Shown here: positions 1 to 9,816 of the stretch, one piece after another
How the letters are laid out: each line of letters starts with the position of its first letter
Position numbering within the stretch: the stretch's first letter is position 1
Assembly (NCBI GenBank): GCA_027451825.1
Contig: DAIDHZ010000001.1
Span: forward strand, 96,745 to 160,744
DNA: 64,000 nucleotides
Direction of reading: 5' to 3'
Origin: Chlamydiota bacterium
Lineage (GTDB): Bacteria > Chlamydiota > Chlamydiia > Chlamydiales > SM23-39
Translations under genes and position numbers: made by a program
Notes under the pieces: generated by a model
The model's input: the letters and a program-made list of their open reading frames with translations, nothing else
What the model was told of the DNA's origin: nothing
The model's database searches: none

Positions 1-1
1 A

Positions 2-667
2 CCATATATAACATCGCTCCTTCTTAATTCAATAACAGAGATTCATTCCGAATGGAAAATGCATCTTGACCAATTAGATGCAGCATTCAGCCGCCCTTTT
101 TATCAAGGATCTCAAATCACCATATCTCCATACGCTGGATTAAGAGCTCTTTGGATCCGTCAAAACTTGAACCTAACATTTCCTAACCGGCCTAATATAA
201 TGCTCCCTCCGGAACCTTTAATTTCTTTATCAAAGAACCAATCTCATAGCTGGGCTATTGGTCCAATGTTGGGAACCCTTGGTCATTCGATGTTAGGTAT
301 GGGATTCCGATTTGAAGGGAAAGCCGGAGCTAGCCTTCTTTACACTCAGTACACAAAAATCAAAAATCATCAAGAAGTTCTCTATCCCATCGATAACACT
401 GGCGATATCGGAAGTGCATCGAACACAAGCTGCACTCACAATGAGAATACGCTAAGACCAACGGCTGAACTTGGCTTAGGCTTAGGCTGGGGATCTTATC
501 TAGACAACCAAAATTATTATTTTGATTTCTCTGCAAGATATGATTTCAACATACTCTGGAATCAAAACATGATGATCAACTTCGTAAATAGCATCAATGG
601 GATAGAAGGAACCTCAGGAAATCTCTATCTCCACGGTCTTACACTCTCTTCACGTTTTGACTTCTAA
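2..667 (+). CDS. MOMP-like beta-barrel outer membrane protein, 5'-truncated by the window edge
   Basis: The frame is open from nt 2, so the listed Met59 is internal. The sequence aligns along its length with the C-terminal half of paralog 912..1994 (KMHLD.LDAAFSRP.Y.G.QI.ISPYAG.RALWIRQN ... NLYLHGLTLSSRFDF). It ends in a C-terminal F, typical of OM beta-barrels. Confidence 0.7.
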   Translation, partial: PYITSLLLNSITEIHSEWKMHLDQLDAAFSRPFYQGSQITISPYAGLRALWIRQNLNLTFPNRPNIMLPPEPLISLSKNQSHSWAIGPMLGTLGHSMLGMGFRFEGKAGASLLYTQYTKIKNHQEVLYPIDNTGDIGSASNTSCTHNENTLRPTAELGLGLGWGSYLDNQNYYFDFSARYDFNILWNQNMMINFVNSINGIEGTSGNLYLHGLTLSSRFDF

Positions 668-706
668 TTTTTTAGAAGCCATCACTTAAGGAATTGTATT
701 CAGGAG

Positions 707-729
707 CCACTCGAAAGAGTGGTTTTTTT
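707..729 (+). terminator. Rho-independent terminator
   Basis: Stem ccactc / gagtgg with a GAAA loop, followed by a T7 run, about 40 nt after the stop codon. Confidence 0.75.
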
Positions 730-911
730 CATTTACAAAAAAAAATTCAATCTCTACATTCACAAGAAGTTTGAAAATTTTTTTTGCAACGGAATTTATT
801 TCAAAATCGGGATCCTTTCATTGCTGTATTGGATTCGATTTTGCATAAATTTGAGAAGTTCCCTTGCCAAAGACTTCAATTCAAATGATTAAAAAATCGG
901 AGTCATAAAAA

Positions 912-1994
912 ATGAACAAATCTCTCTTTTTATTATCCCCACTATTAGCAACATCATTGATGGCTGCAAATAACACCGCACAAAATCCATGCCAATGCCT
1001 TGAGCAAGGACTCGGATTAGACTCAGCTCCAAAATGCTATACAGCTGCGTATAACGCACCTGCCGCTATTTCTGTTAAAAACAGCTGGAATTTCAATGCA
1101 TTTGCAAGCTTTATTTACTGGCATGTTTCTCAAGAATCCATGGAAACAGCAATCATTAATCATTCGCTGACCCCTTCAGGATCAAACGCGTCTCAAGCGA
1201 CACCTCTTCCTGATTTTAACTATAAGCCTGGATTTAAAGTAGGATTTGGATTCGATACAAACTATGATGATTGGACCGGCTGGGTCGAATATACATGGCT
1301 CCATCAATCCATCACAAGCACAAATACAACTTCTAACGAAACTCCATATTCCACGAGTCCATGGCTCTCATTGGGGTCCGAAACTACGGGCATCCATTCA
1401 AAATGGAAAATGCATCTTGATATGCTCGATGCAGCTTTCAGCCGTCCATACTATGAAGGGACTCAGATTTCAATCTCTCCATATGCTGGCATGAGAGCTC
1501 TCTGGATCCGTCAAAACTTCAATCTGTTCGTTCAAAATCCTCCATCCGACCCCAACCAACCTACCCTATCAAAAAACCAATCTCATAGCTGGGCGATCGG
1601 TCCAATGCTTGGAACAATCGGACACTGGATGCTTGGAATGGGGTTCCGCTTTGAAGGGAAAGCAAGCGGCAGTCTCCTCTATACTCAATATACGCATTTA
1701 AGAAGCTATCAAGCAGCGACTCAGACGGGTGGTGTTTACAACTCTTCTATGAGAAGCTTCCATAACTACAATGTTCTACGTCCAACAGCTGAACTTGGTG
1801 TAGGATTAGGATGGGGATCCTACTTTGACAACCAAAATTACTATTGGGATCTATCAGCAAGATATGATTTCAACATTTTTTGGGATCAAAACGTAATGGC
1901 ACGCTTTCAAAATGCCTTAGTAAACCTTGTAACAGGAGCCACAGGAAATCTCTATCTCCACGGCCTCACACTCTCTTCTCGGTTTGACTTCTAA
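912..1994 (+). CDS. MOMP-like beta-barrel outer membrane protein (porin family)
   Basis: 360-aa ORF with an N-terminal signal peptide (MNKSLFLLSPLLATSLMAA). It has alternating beta-strand-like segments rich in aromatic and Gly residues and ends in ...SSRFDF. It is a paralog of the upstream partial gene. Confidence 0.8.
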   Translation: MNKSLFLLSPLLATSLMAANNTAQNPCQCLEQGLGLDSAPKCYTAAYNAPAAISVKNSWNFNAFASFIYWHVSQESMETAIINHSLTPSGSNASQATPLPDFNYKPGFKVGFGFDTNYDDWTGWVEYTWLHQSITSTNTTSNETPYSTSPWLSLGSETTGIHSKWKMHLDMLDAAFSRPYYEGTQISISPYAGMRALWIRQNFNLFVQNPPSDPNQPTLSKNQSHSWAIGPMLGTIGHWMLGMGFRFEGKASGSLLYTQYTHLRSYQAATQTGGVYNSSMRSFHNYNVLRPTAELGVGLGWGSYFDNQNYYWDLSARYDFNIFWDQNVMARFQNALVNLVTGATGNLYLHGLTLSSRFDF

Positions 1995-2033
1995 TTTTTT
2001 TAGAAGGATCACTTAAGGAATTGTATTCAGGAG

Positions 2034-2059
2034 CCACTCGAAAGAGTGGTTCTTTTTTT
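2034..2059 (+). terminator. Rho-independent terminator (duplicate of 707..729)
   Basis: Same ccactc-GAAA-gagtgg hairpin followed by a T-rich run. The whole 3' flank (ttgacttctaatttttt(t)agaag..atcacttaaggaattgtattcaggagccactcgaaagagtgg) is duplicated from the first copy. Confidence 0.75.
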
Positions 2060-2184
2060 AAAACTATTCTCAGTGTGAATTTTTCGAGGAAATTTCCGAA
2101 CATCGTCGAAGAGGCACAGCGAGAATAGCTCTTTTAAAATGAACATTGAGTCATTTCCGGTATAAAGGCTATACTTTCACCCTC

Positions 2185-5100
2185 ATGAAAGCACCTAATA
2201 TTATCCTCAAAAACGTCCGTGTTCATAACTTAAAAAACGTCTCTTTACGCCTAAAGCCAAAAGAACTCATTGTCTTTACAGGGGTCTCAGGATCCGGAAA
2301 ATCATCCCTTGCTTTCGATACCATCTACGCCGAAGGACAGCGTAGATATCTCGAGTCTCTCTCCCATCAAGTCAGAAGGTCCCTGGGAGATATCCCAAAA
2401 CCCGACGCAGAAGATATTTCAGGGATTGCACCAACCATTGCCATTGAACAAAAAACAGCCGGAAAAACCCCTCGCTCAACGGTCGGGACAATGACCGGCA
2501 TCTACGACTTTTTAAGAGTTCTTTTTGCCAAAATCTCGATTCCCCATTGCCCCATCAGTAAAGAACCGGTGATCGCCCAAAGCAAAGAAAAAATCATTGC
2601 AGAAGTCCAATCTCTTCCCAAACAAGAAAAACTGATTTTTTTAGCGCCTTTTGCTAAAGGACAAAAAGGCGAATTCATCCAAAATTTTCAAGAGCTCGTA
2701 TCGAAAGGTTTTACCAGAGCACGCGTTGATGGCGCCATTTTAGATCTTACAGAAAATATTCAACTCGATAAAAAAGTAGCCCATGATATCGATATTGTCA
2801 TCGATCGAACGACGACATCGGATCCTTCAAGGTGTGCAGAAGCTGTAGGAAATGCTCTCGAATTCGGCAACGGTTTGTTTAGTATCTACAATGTAGACCA
2901 AGACAAAGAAATCACCTTTTCTCAATTTGCTTATGCCAAAAAATCAAATATTTCTTATGGCCCTTTAGCTCCGCATGACTTTTCCTTTAATCACCCGGAA
3001 GGGATGTGTCCTACATGCCATGGACTTGGCACGTCTTCAGAATTCAATCTCTCTCAAATCATCAATCCTGACTTAAGCATTCAAGAAGATTGCTGCGCGG
3101 TTGCCAGCTCCTATCATACAGTCCGCTACGGAAATATTTATGACAATTTGGCTCGCATTTACCGCTTCAACATCAAAACGCCATGGGCAAAACTCCCGAA
3201 AGAAGCACAAGAAGCCTTTCTCTATGGAATCCCTCAAAAGTGGACCAAAATGTCTTTCATCCATCCGGAGAAGAAAACCCACTGGGTTGAATATGTCCAA
3301 TGGAAGGGGGTCATTCATGAGGCCAAAGAAAGACTCATTCAAGCAAAAAGCGATCTTTATCGAAAGAAAATGACCGCTCTCATGCATGAAGACGTATGTC
3401 CATCGTGTCAAGGATCTCGCATTAAGCCGTATCCGTCAGAGGCCAAAATAGGAGATAAAAAAATCCATGAGATCACAAGGCTTTCTTTAGAAGACTGTTT
3501 TTCTTTTTTTAAAAATTTAACCCTCCCGCCTATTGAAAAACAAATTGCTGAAGAACTTTTAAAAGAAATTCAAGAAAAACTCTCCTTCTTAATCAATGTA
3601 GGTCTTGATTATCTCTCTTTAGATCGAACCGCTCCGACTTTAAGCGGCGGAGAATCTCAAAGAGTCAGACTTGCCGCTCAAATTGGAGCCGGCCTTGTGG
3701 GTGCAATTTACGTACTTGATGAGCCATCGATTGGCTTACATCCAAGTGATCATCATCGTCTTGTCGAAACGCTTCTTCATTTGCGAAACCTTGGAAATAC
3801 GGTCATCGTTGTCGAGCATGATATCGATACAATCTTAGCTGCGGATACGATTGTTGATGTAGGCCCCGGCGCAGGAAAGCACGGCGGAGAAATCCTCTCC
3901 ATCGGCAGTGTCGAAACTATCATTCAAAATCCAAAATCAATCACCGGAAAATATCTCTCGCAAGAAATCAAAGTCTCCAAAAAAAGAAGAAAGGTTTCTA
4001 AAGAAAAAATCACAATTCAAGGCGCCTCTCATCACAACCTCCAACGTATCGATGTAGAAATTCCTTTAAATGGCCTCATTTGCGTCACCGGTGTCTCCGG
4101 CTCTGGAAAATCCTCTTTAATTACAGAGACACTCTACCCTGCTCTTGCCAACCACCTTCACGGAGCCGAACTCAATGTAGGAAAGCATAAAGCAATCCAA
4201 GGGTTTGAAAACATCGATAAAGTGATCTCCGTCGATCAGTCTCCTATTGGAAGAACGCCAAGATCCAATGCAGCAACCTATATCAAGCTCTTGGATGATA
4301 TTCGCAATCTTTTTGAAAATCTCCAGATGAGCAAGCTGAGAGGATTTAACGCATCTCATTTCAGTTTCAACGTCAAAGAAGGATCCTGTTCCTACTGCGA
4401 AGGCCTTGGACAAGTGCGTATCGACATGGATTTCATGGAAGATGCATGGGTCGAATGTCCTCAATGTAAAGGGAAAAGATTTGATCCTGAAATTTTACAA
4501 GTTCGCTATAAAAATAAAAACATCGCAGACATTTTAGAGACCGACGTAGAACATGCGCTCATCCTTTTCGAAGCCATCCCCTCCATTCGCAAAAAACTCG
4601 AAGTGCTTTCCAAAGTAGGCCTCGATTATCTGCAGCTCGGGCAACCTTCAACGACCTTATCCGGAGGAGAAGCTCAGCGTATTAAACTTGCAAGAGAACT
4701 ATCTAGGCCTCAAACAGGGAAAACTCTCTACATTCTCGATGAACCAACAACGGGACTTCACTTCCACGATATTCAAAGACTCATCAATGTTCTTGATTCT
4801 TTAGTTGAAAAAGGAAACACGGTTTTAGTCATCGAGCATAATCTTGATTTTATCCGCTCTTCCGATTGGATCATCGATCTTGGACCCGGAGCCGGCATTC
4901 GCGGAGGAAAACTCGTTGCCAAAGGGACTCCTGAAACCATCATCAAATACGACTCTCCCACCGCTAAAGTATTAAGAGAACCTTTTCAGCCGCTCACGCA
5001 AAAGAAAACAAAAATTGAAAAGCCATCCGAAGAAATCATCATCGAAAACGCGACACAAAACAATTTAAAGTCGATCTCTGTAAACATCCCCAAAGGATCC

Positions 5101-7806
5101 ATCACTGTTTTTACAGGACCTTCCGGATCCGGGAAATCATCTCTTGCTTTTGACACCCTTTATGCAGAAGGTCAAAGAAGATATACAGAGACTCTCTCCT
5201 CATATGCACGCACTTTAGTCAAACCCCTTGCAAAACCCAAAGTAGATCGCATTGATGGGCTCTCTCCTGCAATTGCTCTCGAACAAAAAACAGGAGGATT
5301 AAATCCGAGAAGCACCATCGGTACCGTCACAGAAAGCTACGATCTTTTACGAATTTTATACGCCCATTTAGGAACCGCTTTTGATCCGGAAACAAAAGAA
5401 GAGATCAAACAAATCAGCAAAGAATACGTTGTTCAAAAAGCACTCTCTCTTCCTCTGCAAGAGAAAATCCAGATTCTTTCCCCCATTTCTCTTTCTAAAA
5501 AACAAACCTTTGAAGAACTCATTTCCGATCTCAATAAAGAAGGATATCTTCGAATCCGTTTGAACAATAGCTACTTTGAAATCGATGCACCCATTCCTTT
5601 TGAAAAGAAAAGTAAAAATGAGATCTATCTTGTCGTCGATCGAATGAGTGTCGATCCTAAAAATGAAAAAAGACTTTTTGAAGCCATTCAAAAGGCAACA
5701 GAACGCTCCAACGGGATCGTTGTCATTGCCAAAGAAAAAGAAGATCTTTATTTCAATCTTGATTTTGCAGTGGAGAGCACAGGAAAATCATATCCTCGCA
5801 TCACTCCGCAAACCTTTTCTTTCAACCACGACTCGGGAATGTGTTTAGAATGCCAAGGCTTAGGTCTTACCTACGGCGCCCATCTTCTAGAACATCCTGA
5901 AATTCTCAAACTCTCTCTCTTAGAGATCGCAGACCGTCTTTTTAAAGAAAAAGGCTCTGATACAGCCTACTTTCTTTTGGAAGCTTACTTTACAAAATGC
6001 AATATCGACTGCGAGACGCCCCTAAAAAAACTCTCTGAAAAAGACCTTCATTTCATTTTTAACGGCGGACCTTCCATCGACGTTCTTTTCAAAAAACAAA
6101 AAAAAGTCCTTTCTCTTCAATGGCAAGGCTTAAATCCATTCTTTGCAAAAGCATCAAAAATGGCTCGCTCCGAAATCAAAGAATCCATCTTACCTCTTCT
6201 CAAAGCCAGCACCTGTTTAAGCTGCGAGGGATCAAGGCTCAATCCTTTAGCTAGAAATGTTCGTATTGAAAATGTCTCCCTGCCGGAACTTTGCGATCTC
6301 AGCATTCAAGATGCCTATCTATTCGTCCAAAAGATCACTCTTGATAGCGGCCATTTTTTACAAGAAAGCCTCTCTAAAATCCAAAAATCACTCGAGTTTT
6401 TACAATCCATTGGTCTTGGATATCTCTCTTTGAATCGATCCGCTCCCACTTTAAGCGGCGGGGAGTTACAAAGAGTTCGTTTAGCTCGCCAATTAGGATC
6501 TGGCCTTACCTCATGTCTTTATATCCTGGATGAACCAACGATCGGCCTTCATCCTTTCAACAATGAACGGCTCAACAAAGCACTTCAAAAATTACGCGAC
6601 CTCAATAACACGATCATTCTCGTAGAGCATGATCCTATGACCATTCAAATCGCAGATTTCCTTCTCGATTTTGGTCCAAAAGCAGGAAAAGAAGGAGGAC
6701 AAATTACAGCGCAAGGCCCGCTTTCTTCCATCTTAAAAGATCCGAATTCCTTAACAGGCGCATACCTTAGTCAAAGAAAAAAAATCCCAATCCCTCAAAA
6801 AAGACGCCCCCTTGCAAAAGGCATCGAAATCAAAAATGCAAATCTTCACAACTTAAAAAACATCTCTCTTACCATTCCCTATAGCGCCATCACCTGTTTT
6901 ACAGGAGTCTCCGGATCCGGTAAATCAACGCTTGTTCGCTATCTTCTAAAACCTGCCGCAGAAGCTGCCGTTCGAGAAAATAAAAAAGAGATCTCTCTTT
7001 TCGGGACAACCATTACAGGTCTTTCTGCTTTTGAAAAAGTCATTACCATCGATCAAAGTCCGATTGGGCAAACAATCCGCGCCGATGTCAGTACCTACAC
7101 CGATATTCAACCTCTGATCCGATCTCACCTTGCCGAACTCCCTCAAGCCAAAATAAAAGGTCTTATGCCGGGACATTTTAGTCCAAATCACAAAAAAGGG
7201 ATGTGCCGTACCTGCTGGGGACTTGGCTATAAAATGATCGACCTTCAATTTTTACCCTCTGTCAAAATCACCTGCGAATCTTGTAAAGGCTACCGACTCA
7301 ACACTCTTTCGTTAGAAATCAAATATAAAGGGAAAAACTTTGGAGAAATTTTACATCTCACCATTCAAGAAACCCTTTCCTTCTTTGAGCCGATTCCTAA
7401 AATTGCCAAACGACTTAGAATTCTTGAATCCGTTGGACTTTCTTATCTACAGCTTGGACAAGAACTTCACACTCTCTCGGGAGGAGAAGCGCAGCGATTA
7501 AGACTTTCCAGAGAACTTGCCAAAAGAGAAAGCGGAAAAACGCTTTATCTCATCGATGAACCAACCGTTGGTCTTCATAGTGAAGATATCGCAAAATTGC
7601 TGCCCATTTTCCATCAGCTTGCCGACAAGAAAAACACCCTCGTCATCATCGAACACAATATCGACGTCATCTTGAATGCCGACTACATCATCGACTTAGG
7701 CCCCGATGCCGGTATTTTTGGTGGTGAAATCATCGCTCAAGGAACCCCTGAAGAAATAGCAATGTCTAAAACTTCTAAAACAGCCAAGTATCTTAAACAA
7801 TCATGA
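2185..7806 (+). CDS. uvrA: Excinuclease ABC subunit A, double-length (two UvrA modules fused)
   Basis: Four Walker A sites are present (GVSGSGKSS, GVSGSGKSS, GPSGSGKSS, GVSGSGKST), along with four LSGGE.QR signatures. The zinc-finger CxxC pairs and the SLAFDT.YAEGQRRY motif each occur twice. The ATG at 2185 (MKAPNIILKNV...) is a more plausible start than the TTG at 2146. Confidence 0.9.
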   Translation: MKAPNIILKNVRVHNLKNVSLRLKPKELIVFTGVSGSGKSSLAFDTIYAEGQRRYLESLSHQVRRSLGDIPKPDAEDISGIAPTIAIEQKTAGKTPRSTVGTMTGIYDFLRVLFAKISIPHCPISKEPVIAQSKEKIIAEVQSLPKQEKLIFLAPFAKGQKGEFIQNFQELVSKGFTRARVDGAILDLTENIQLDKKVAHDIDIVIDRTTTSDPSRCAEAVGNALEFGNGLFSIYNVDQDKEITFSQFAYAKKSNISYGPLAPHDFSFNHPEGMCPTCHGLGTSSEFNLSQIINPDLSIQEDCCAVASSYHTVRYGNIYDNLARIYRFNIKTPWAKLPKEAQEAFLYGIPQKWTKMSFIHPEKKTHWVEYVQWKGVIHEAKERLIQAKSDLYRKKMTALMHEDVCPSCQGSRIKPYPSEAKIGDKKIHEITRLSLEDCFSFFKNLTLPPIEKQIAEELLKEIQEKLSFLINVGLDYLSLDRTAPTLSGGESQRVRLAAQIGAGLVGAIYVLDEPSIGLHPSDHHRLVETLLHLRNLGNTVIVVEHDIDTILAADTIVDVGPGAGKHGGEILSIGSVETIIQNPKSITGKYLSQEIKVSKKRRKVSKEKITIQGASHHNLQRIDVEIPLNGLICVTGVSGSGKSSLITETLYPALANHLHGAELNVGKHKAIQGFENIDKVISVDQSPIGRTPRSNAATYIKLLDDIRNLFENLQMSKLRGFNASHFSFNVKEGSCSYCEGLGQVRIDMDFMEDAWVECPQCKGKRFDPEILQVRYKNKNIADILETDVEHALILFEAIPSIRKKLEVLSKVGLDYLQLGQPSTTLSGGEAQRIKLARELSRPQTGKTLYILDEPTTGLHFHDIQRLINVLDSLVEKGNTVLVIEHNLDFIRSSDWIIDLGPGAGIRGGKLVAKGTPETIIKYDSPTAKVLREPFQPLTQKKTKIEKPSEEIIIENATQNNLKSISVNIPKGSITVFTGPSGSGKSSLAFDTLYAEGQRRYTETLSSYARTLVKPLAKPKVDRIDGLSPAIALEQKTGGLNPRSTIGTVTESYDLLRILYAHLGTAFDPETKEEIKQISKEYVVQKALSLPLQEKIQILSPISLSKKQTFEELISDLNKEGYLRIRLNNSYFEIDAPIPFEKKSKNEIYLVVDRMSVDPKNEKRLFEAIQKATERSNGIVVIAKEKEDLYFNLDFAVESTGKSYPRITPQTFSFNHDSGMCLECQGLGLTYGAHLLEHPEILKLSLLEIADRLFKEKGSDTAYFLLEAYFTKCNIDCETPLKKLSEKDLHFIFNGGPSIDVLFKKQKKVLSLQWQGLNPFFAKASKMARSEIKESILPLLKASTCLSCEGSRLNPLARNVRIENVSLPELCDLSIQDAYLFVQKITLDSGHFLQESLSKIQKSLEFLQSIGLGYLSLNRSAPTLSGGELQRVRLARQLGSGLTSCLYILDEPTIGLHPFNNERLNKALQKLRDLNNTIILVEHDPMTIQIADFLLDFGPKAGKEGGQITAQGPLSSILKDPNSLTGAYLSQRKKIPIPQKRRPLAKGIEIKNANLHNLKNISLTIPYSAITCFTGVSGSGKSTLVRYLLKPAAEAAVRENKKEISLFGTTITGLSAFEKVITIDQSPIGQTIRADVSTYTDIQPLIRSHLAELPQAKIKGLMPGHFSPNHKKGMCRTCWGLGYKMIDLQFLPSVKITCESCKGYRLNTLSLEIKYKGKNFGEILHLTIQETLSFFEPIPKIAKRLRILESVGLSYLQLGQELHTLSGGEAQRLRLSRELAKRESGKTLYLIDEPTVGLHSEDIAKLLPIFHQLADKKNTLVIIEHNIDVILNADYIIDLGPDAGIFGGEIIAQGTPEEIAMSKTSKTAKYLKQS

Positions 7807-8001
7807 TAACGCCTTCGAAACGAAGGCTAATGATTTACATGATGCAGGAAAGATGCGCACCCCAATCATTAATGGGGTTTGGGGCTTCCCCAACATGCAT
7901 ATCTTTAGCTTTCGCCTCGAAAGCGTTATCCTCAGCCGCTTCGGCGTTATCATGTTTTTTTGTCTTGCATAAATAGACATATGAGTTAAAAGAATTGCAG
8001 C

Positions 8002-9246
8002 TTATATCACAGAAAGAGGATTTTTTGACTCAATCAAATACAACTTATCATTTTTCCTAACCGGCTCAGAAATCGAAAATGAGGCCAAAACACCTTTTTC
8101 TGCAATCTCTACCGGTCCATCTGTATGAAGCGACTCAATGATCCCCTCCACAACGCCGGTCTGAGTCCCTGTGATCAAAATACGATCTCCTAACTTCAGT
8201 TGATTGCTTTCAATCAAGACTTCTGCAACCTGAATCCTTGGAAAATAATTCGTGATTTTACCAATATAAGTTTTACGCTGAGTTGCTTGAGAACCTGGCT
8301 GGCCACTCCATTCTGCAATTTTTCTTCCAAGATAATACCCTTCCCAAAAACCGCGGTTATAAACGGACGCTAGTTTTTCTTTCCAAAGAGCGATATTTTC
8401 AGGGGTATATGTCCCATTTTGAATGGCTTCAACCGCCTGTTTATACGTGGAGACAACTGTATACACATATTCAGGGGCTCTCCCTCGTCCTTCAATTTTT
8501 AAAATCCGAACGCCCGACTCAATGATTTTATCTAAAAAATCGATCGTGCATAAGTCTTTAGGAGACATCACATAATGATTATCCAAGACAAGCTCATTAT
8601 TTGTTTGTTCGTCGATCACGCGATATTTACGTCTACAATTTTGCATGCACTGGCCCCGATTCGCAGAATGATTCGATTCCATCAAGCTCATATGACATTT
8701 GCCTGAAACAGAAATACAAAATGCACCATGAACAAACAGTTCTATTTCAACAAGCTTCCCATTCGGGCCTCGAATATTTTCTTCTTGAATCCGATGGTAA
8801 ATAGACGAAATATTTTCTAAAGAAACCTCTCTTGCCAAAACCATCACGTCACTGAACTGAGAATAGAATCGTACGGCTGCCATATTACAAATATTGGATT
8901 GCGTAGAAATATGAACATTAAGGCCGATTGATTTGGCAAATTGCAACACTGCAATATCGCAGGCGATCACAGCATCGGCGCCGCTTTCTTTAATGGCCAA
9001 ACATAACTTTTCCATAAGCTCAAAATCCTCGTCATAAATCACCGAATTTAACGTGACGTAGGACTTCATATGATGGCTTTTGCAAAGTTCAACAATCTTA
9101 AAAAGATCCTCGATCGAAAAATTGTGCGAAGAATGAGACCGCATATTGAGCGCTTCCAACCCAAAAAAAATCGAGTCTGCGCCTGCTTTAATCGCCGCAT
9201 GAAGAGACTCCCATGAACCAACAGGAGCCATGATTTCTGAAGACAT
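8002..9246 (-). CDS. Peptidase U32 family protein
   Basis: 414-aa ORF. The N-terminus (EIMAPVGSWESLHAAIKAGADSIFFG) and Cys-containing core (HGAFCISVSGKCHMS...RGQCMQNCRRKY) match the U32 (collagenase-like / YhbU-YdcP) pattern. Confidence 0.8.
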   Translation of the reverse strand: MSSEIMAPVGSWESLHAAIKAGADSIFFGLEALNMRSHSSHNFSIEDLFKIVELCKSHHMKSYVTLNSVIYDEDFELMEKLCLAIKESGADAVIACDIAVLQFAKSIGLNVHISTQSNICNMAAVRFYSQFSDVMVLAREVSLENISSIYHRIQEENIRGPNGKLVEIELFVHGAFCISVSGKCHMSLMESNHSANRGQCMQNCRRKYRVIDEQTNNELVLDNHYVMSPKDLCTIDFLDKIIESGVRILKIEGRGRAPEYVYTVVSTYKQAVEAIQNGTYTPENIALWKEKLASVYNRGFWEGYYLGRKIAEWSGQPGSQATQRKTYIGKITNYFPRIQVAEVLIESNQLKLGDRILITGTQTGVVEGIIESLHTDGPVEIAEKGVLASFSISEPVRKNDKLYLIESKNPLSVI

Positions 9247-9320
9247 TACAACCCTAAAATCTTAATAGAACCATGTAATTCTATAAGACATCAGGATTTT
9301 TCTCCTTAACAAAAACTCAT

Positions 9321-9665
9321 TTACCGATGATGTCCGCCGCCACCGTGCCCGCCGCCGCCGTGCCCGCCGCCGCGATGCCCGCCGCCACGGTAGCCACCAC
9401 CATGATAATGGCCGCCATGATAATGACCTCCGCGATAATAATGAGGATAGCCATGATGATGGTAATAGTTCCAATCATCAAAATCTCCCTCGGAACCAAA
9501 CCAAATCCCGTTATAAAATCCAGGACCATACCATACATCTTGCTCGTAGTAGTAAACTGTCCCATCATCGTTTTCAGGCGCCGTCTGATACTCAACCCCG
9601 GCTCTTACCATCGCACTTAAAGAACTACACACAACAAAAAAAGATAAATAAAAAGCCTTGCTCAT
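9321..9665 (-). CDS. Secreted Gly/His/Tyr-rich protein
   Basis: The start is set at the ATG at 9665, preceded by AGAGG at 5 nt. Signal peptide MSKAFYLSFFVVCSSLSAMV. The C-terminal tail reads HHHGYPHYYRGGHYHGGHYHGGGYRGGGHRGGGHGGGGHGGGGHHR. Confidence 0.6.
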   Translation of the reverse strand: MSKAFYLSFFVVCSSLSAMVRAGVEYQTAPENDDGTVYYYEQDVWYGPGFYNGIWFGSEGDFDDWNYYHHHGYPHYYRGGHYHGGHYHGGGYRGGGHRGGGHGGGGHGGGGHHR

Positions 9666-9816
9666 CCAAACCTCTTTCAAATTCGCACAATCTCAAAAAA
9701 ATCAAATTAACGCAACAAATCATCGCCAAAATTTTTAAAACCAATTAAATTAGAAACTTAAAAAATAAATTAACTTTAAATTATAAAAAAACAAAGGTCG
9801 CTGATAGTATGAAATT

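Noticed and set aside
2270-7248. Numerous 60-115-aa ORFs on both strands inside uvrA, with similar antisense or out-of-frame ORFs inside the ATPase, helicase, ABC, aro and ABC-F genes
   Set aside because: They are all embedded in long, motif-rich genes whose reading frame is unambiguous. They are typical shadow ORFs.
9262-9620. Several overlapping ORFs on both strands (Arg/Trp-rich, Ala/Met-rich) around the Gly/His-rich gene
   Set aside because: They are alternative-frame readings of the same GC-rich short tandem repeat. Only the minus-strand frame with an SD, a signal peptide and an ATG at 9665 looks like a gene.
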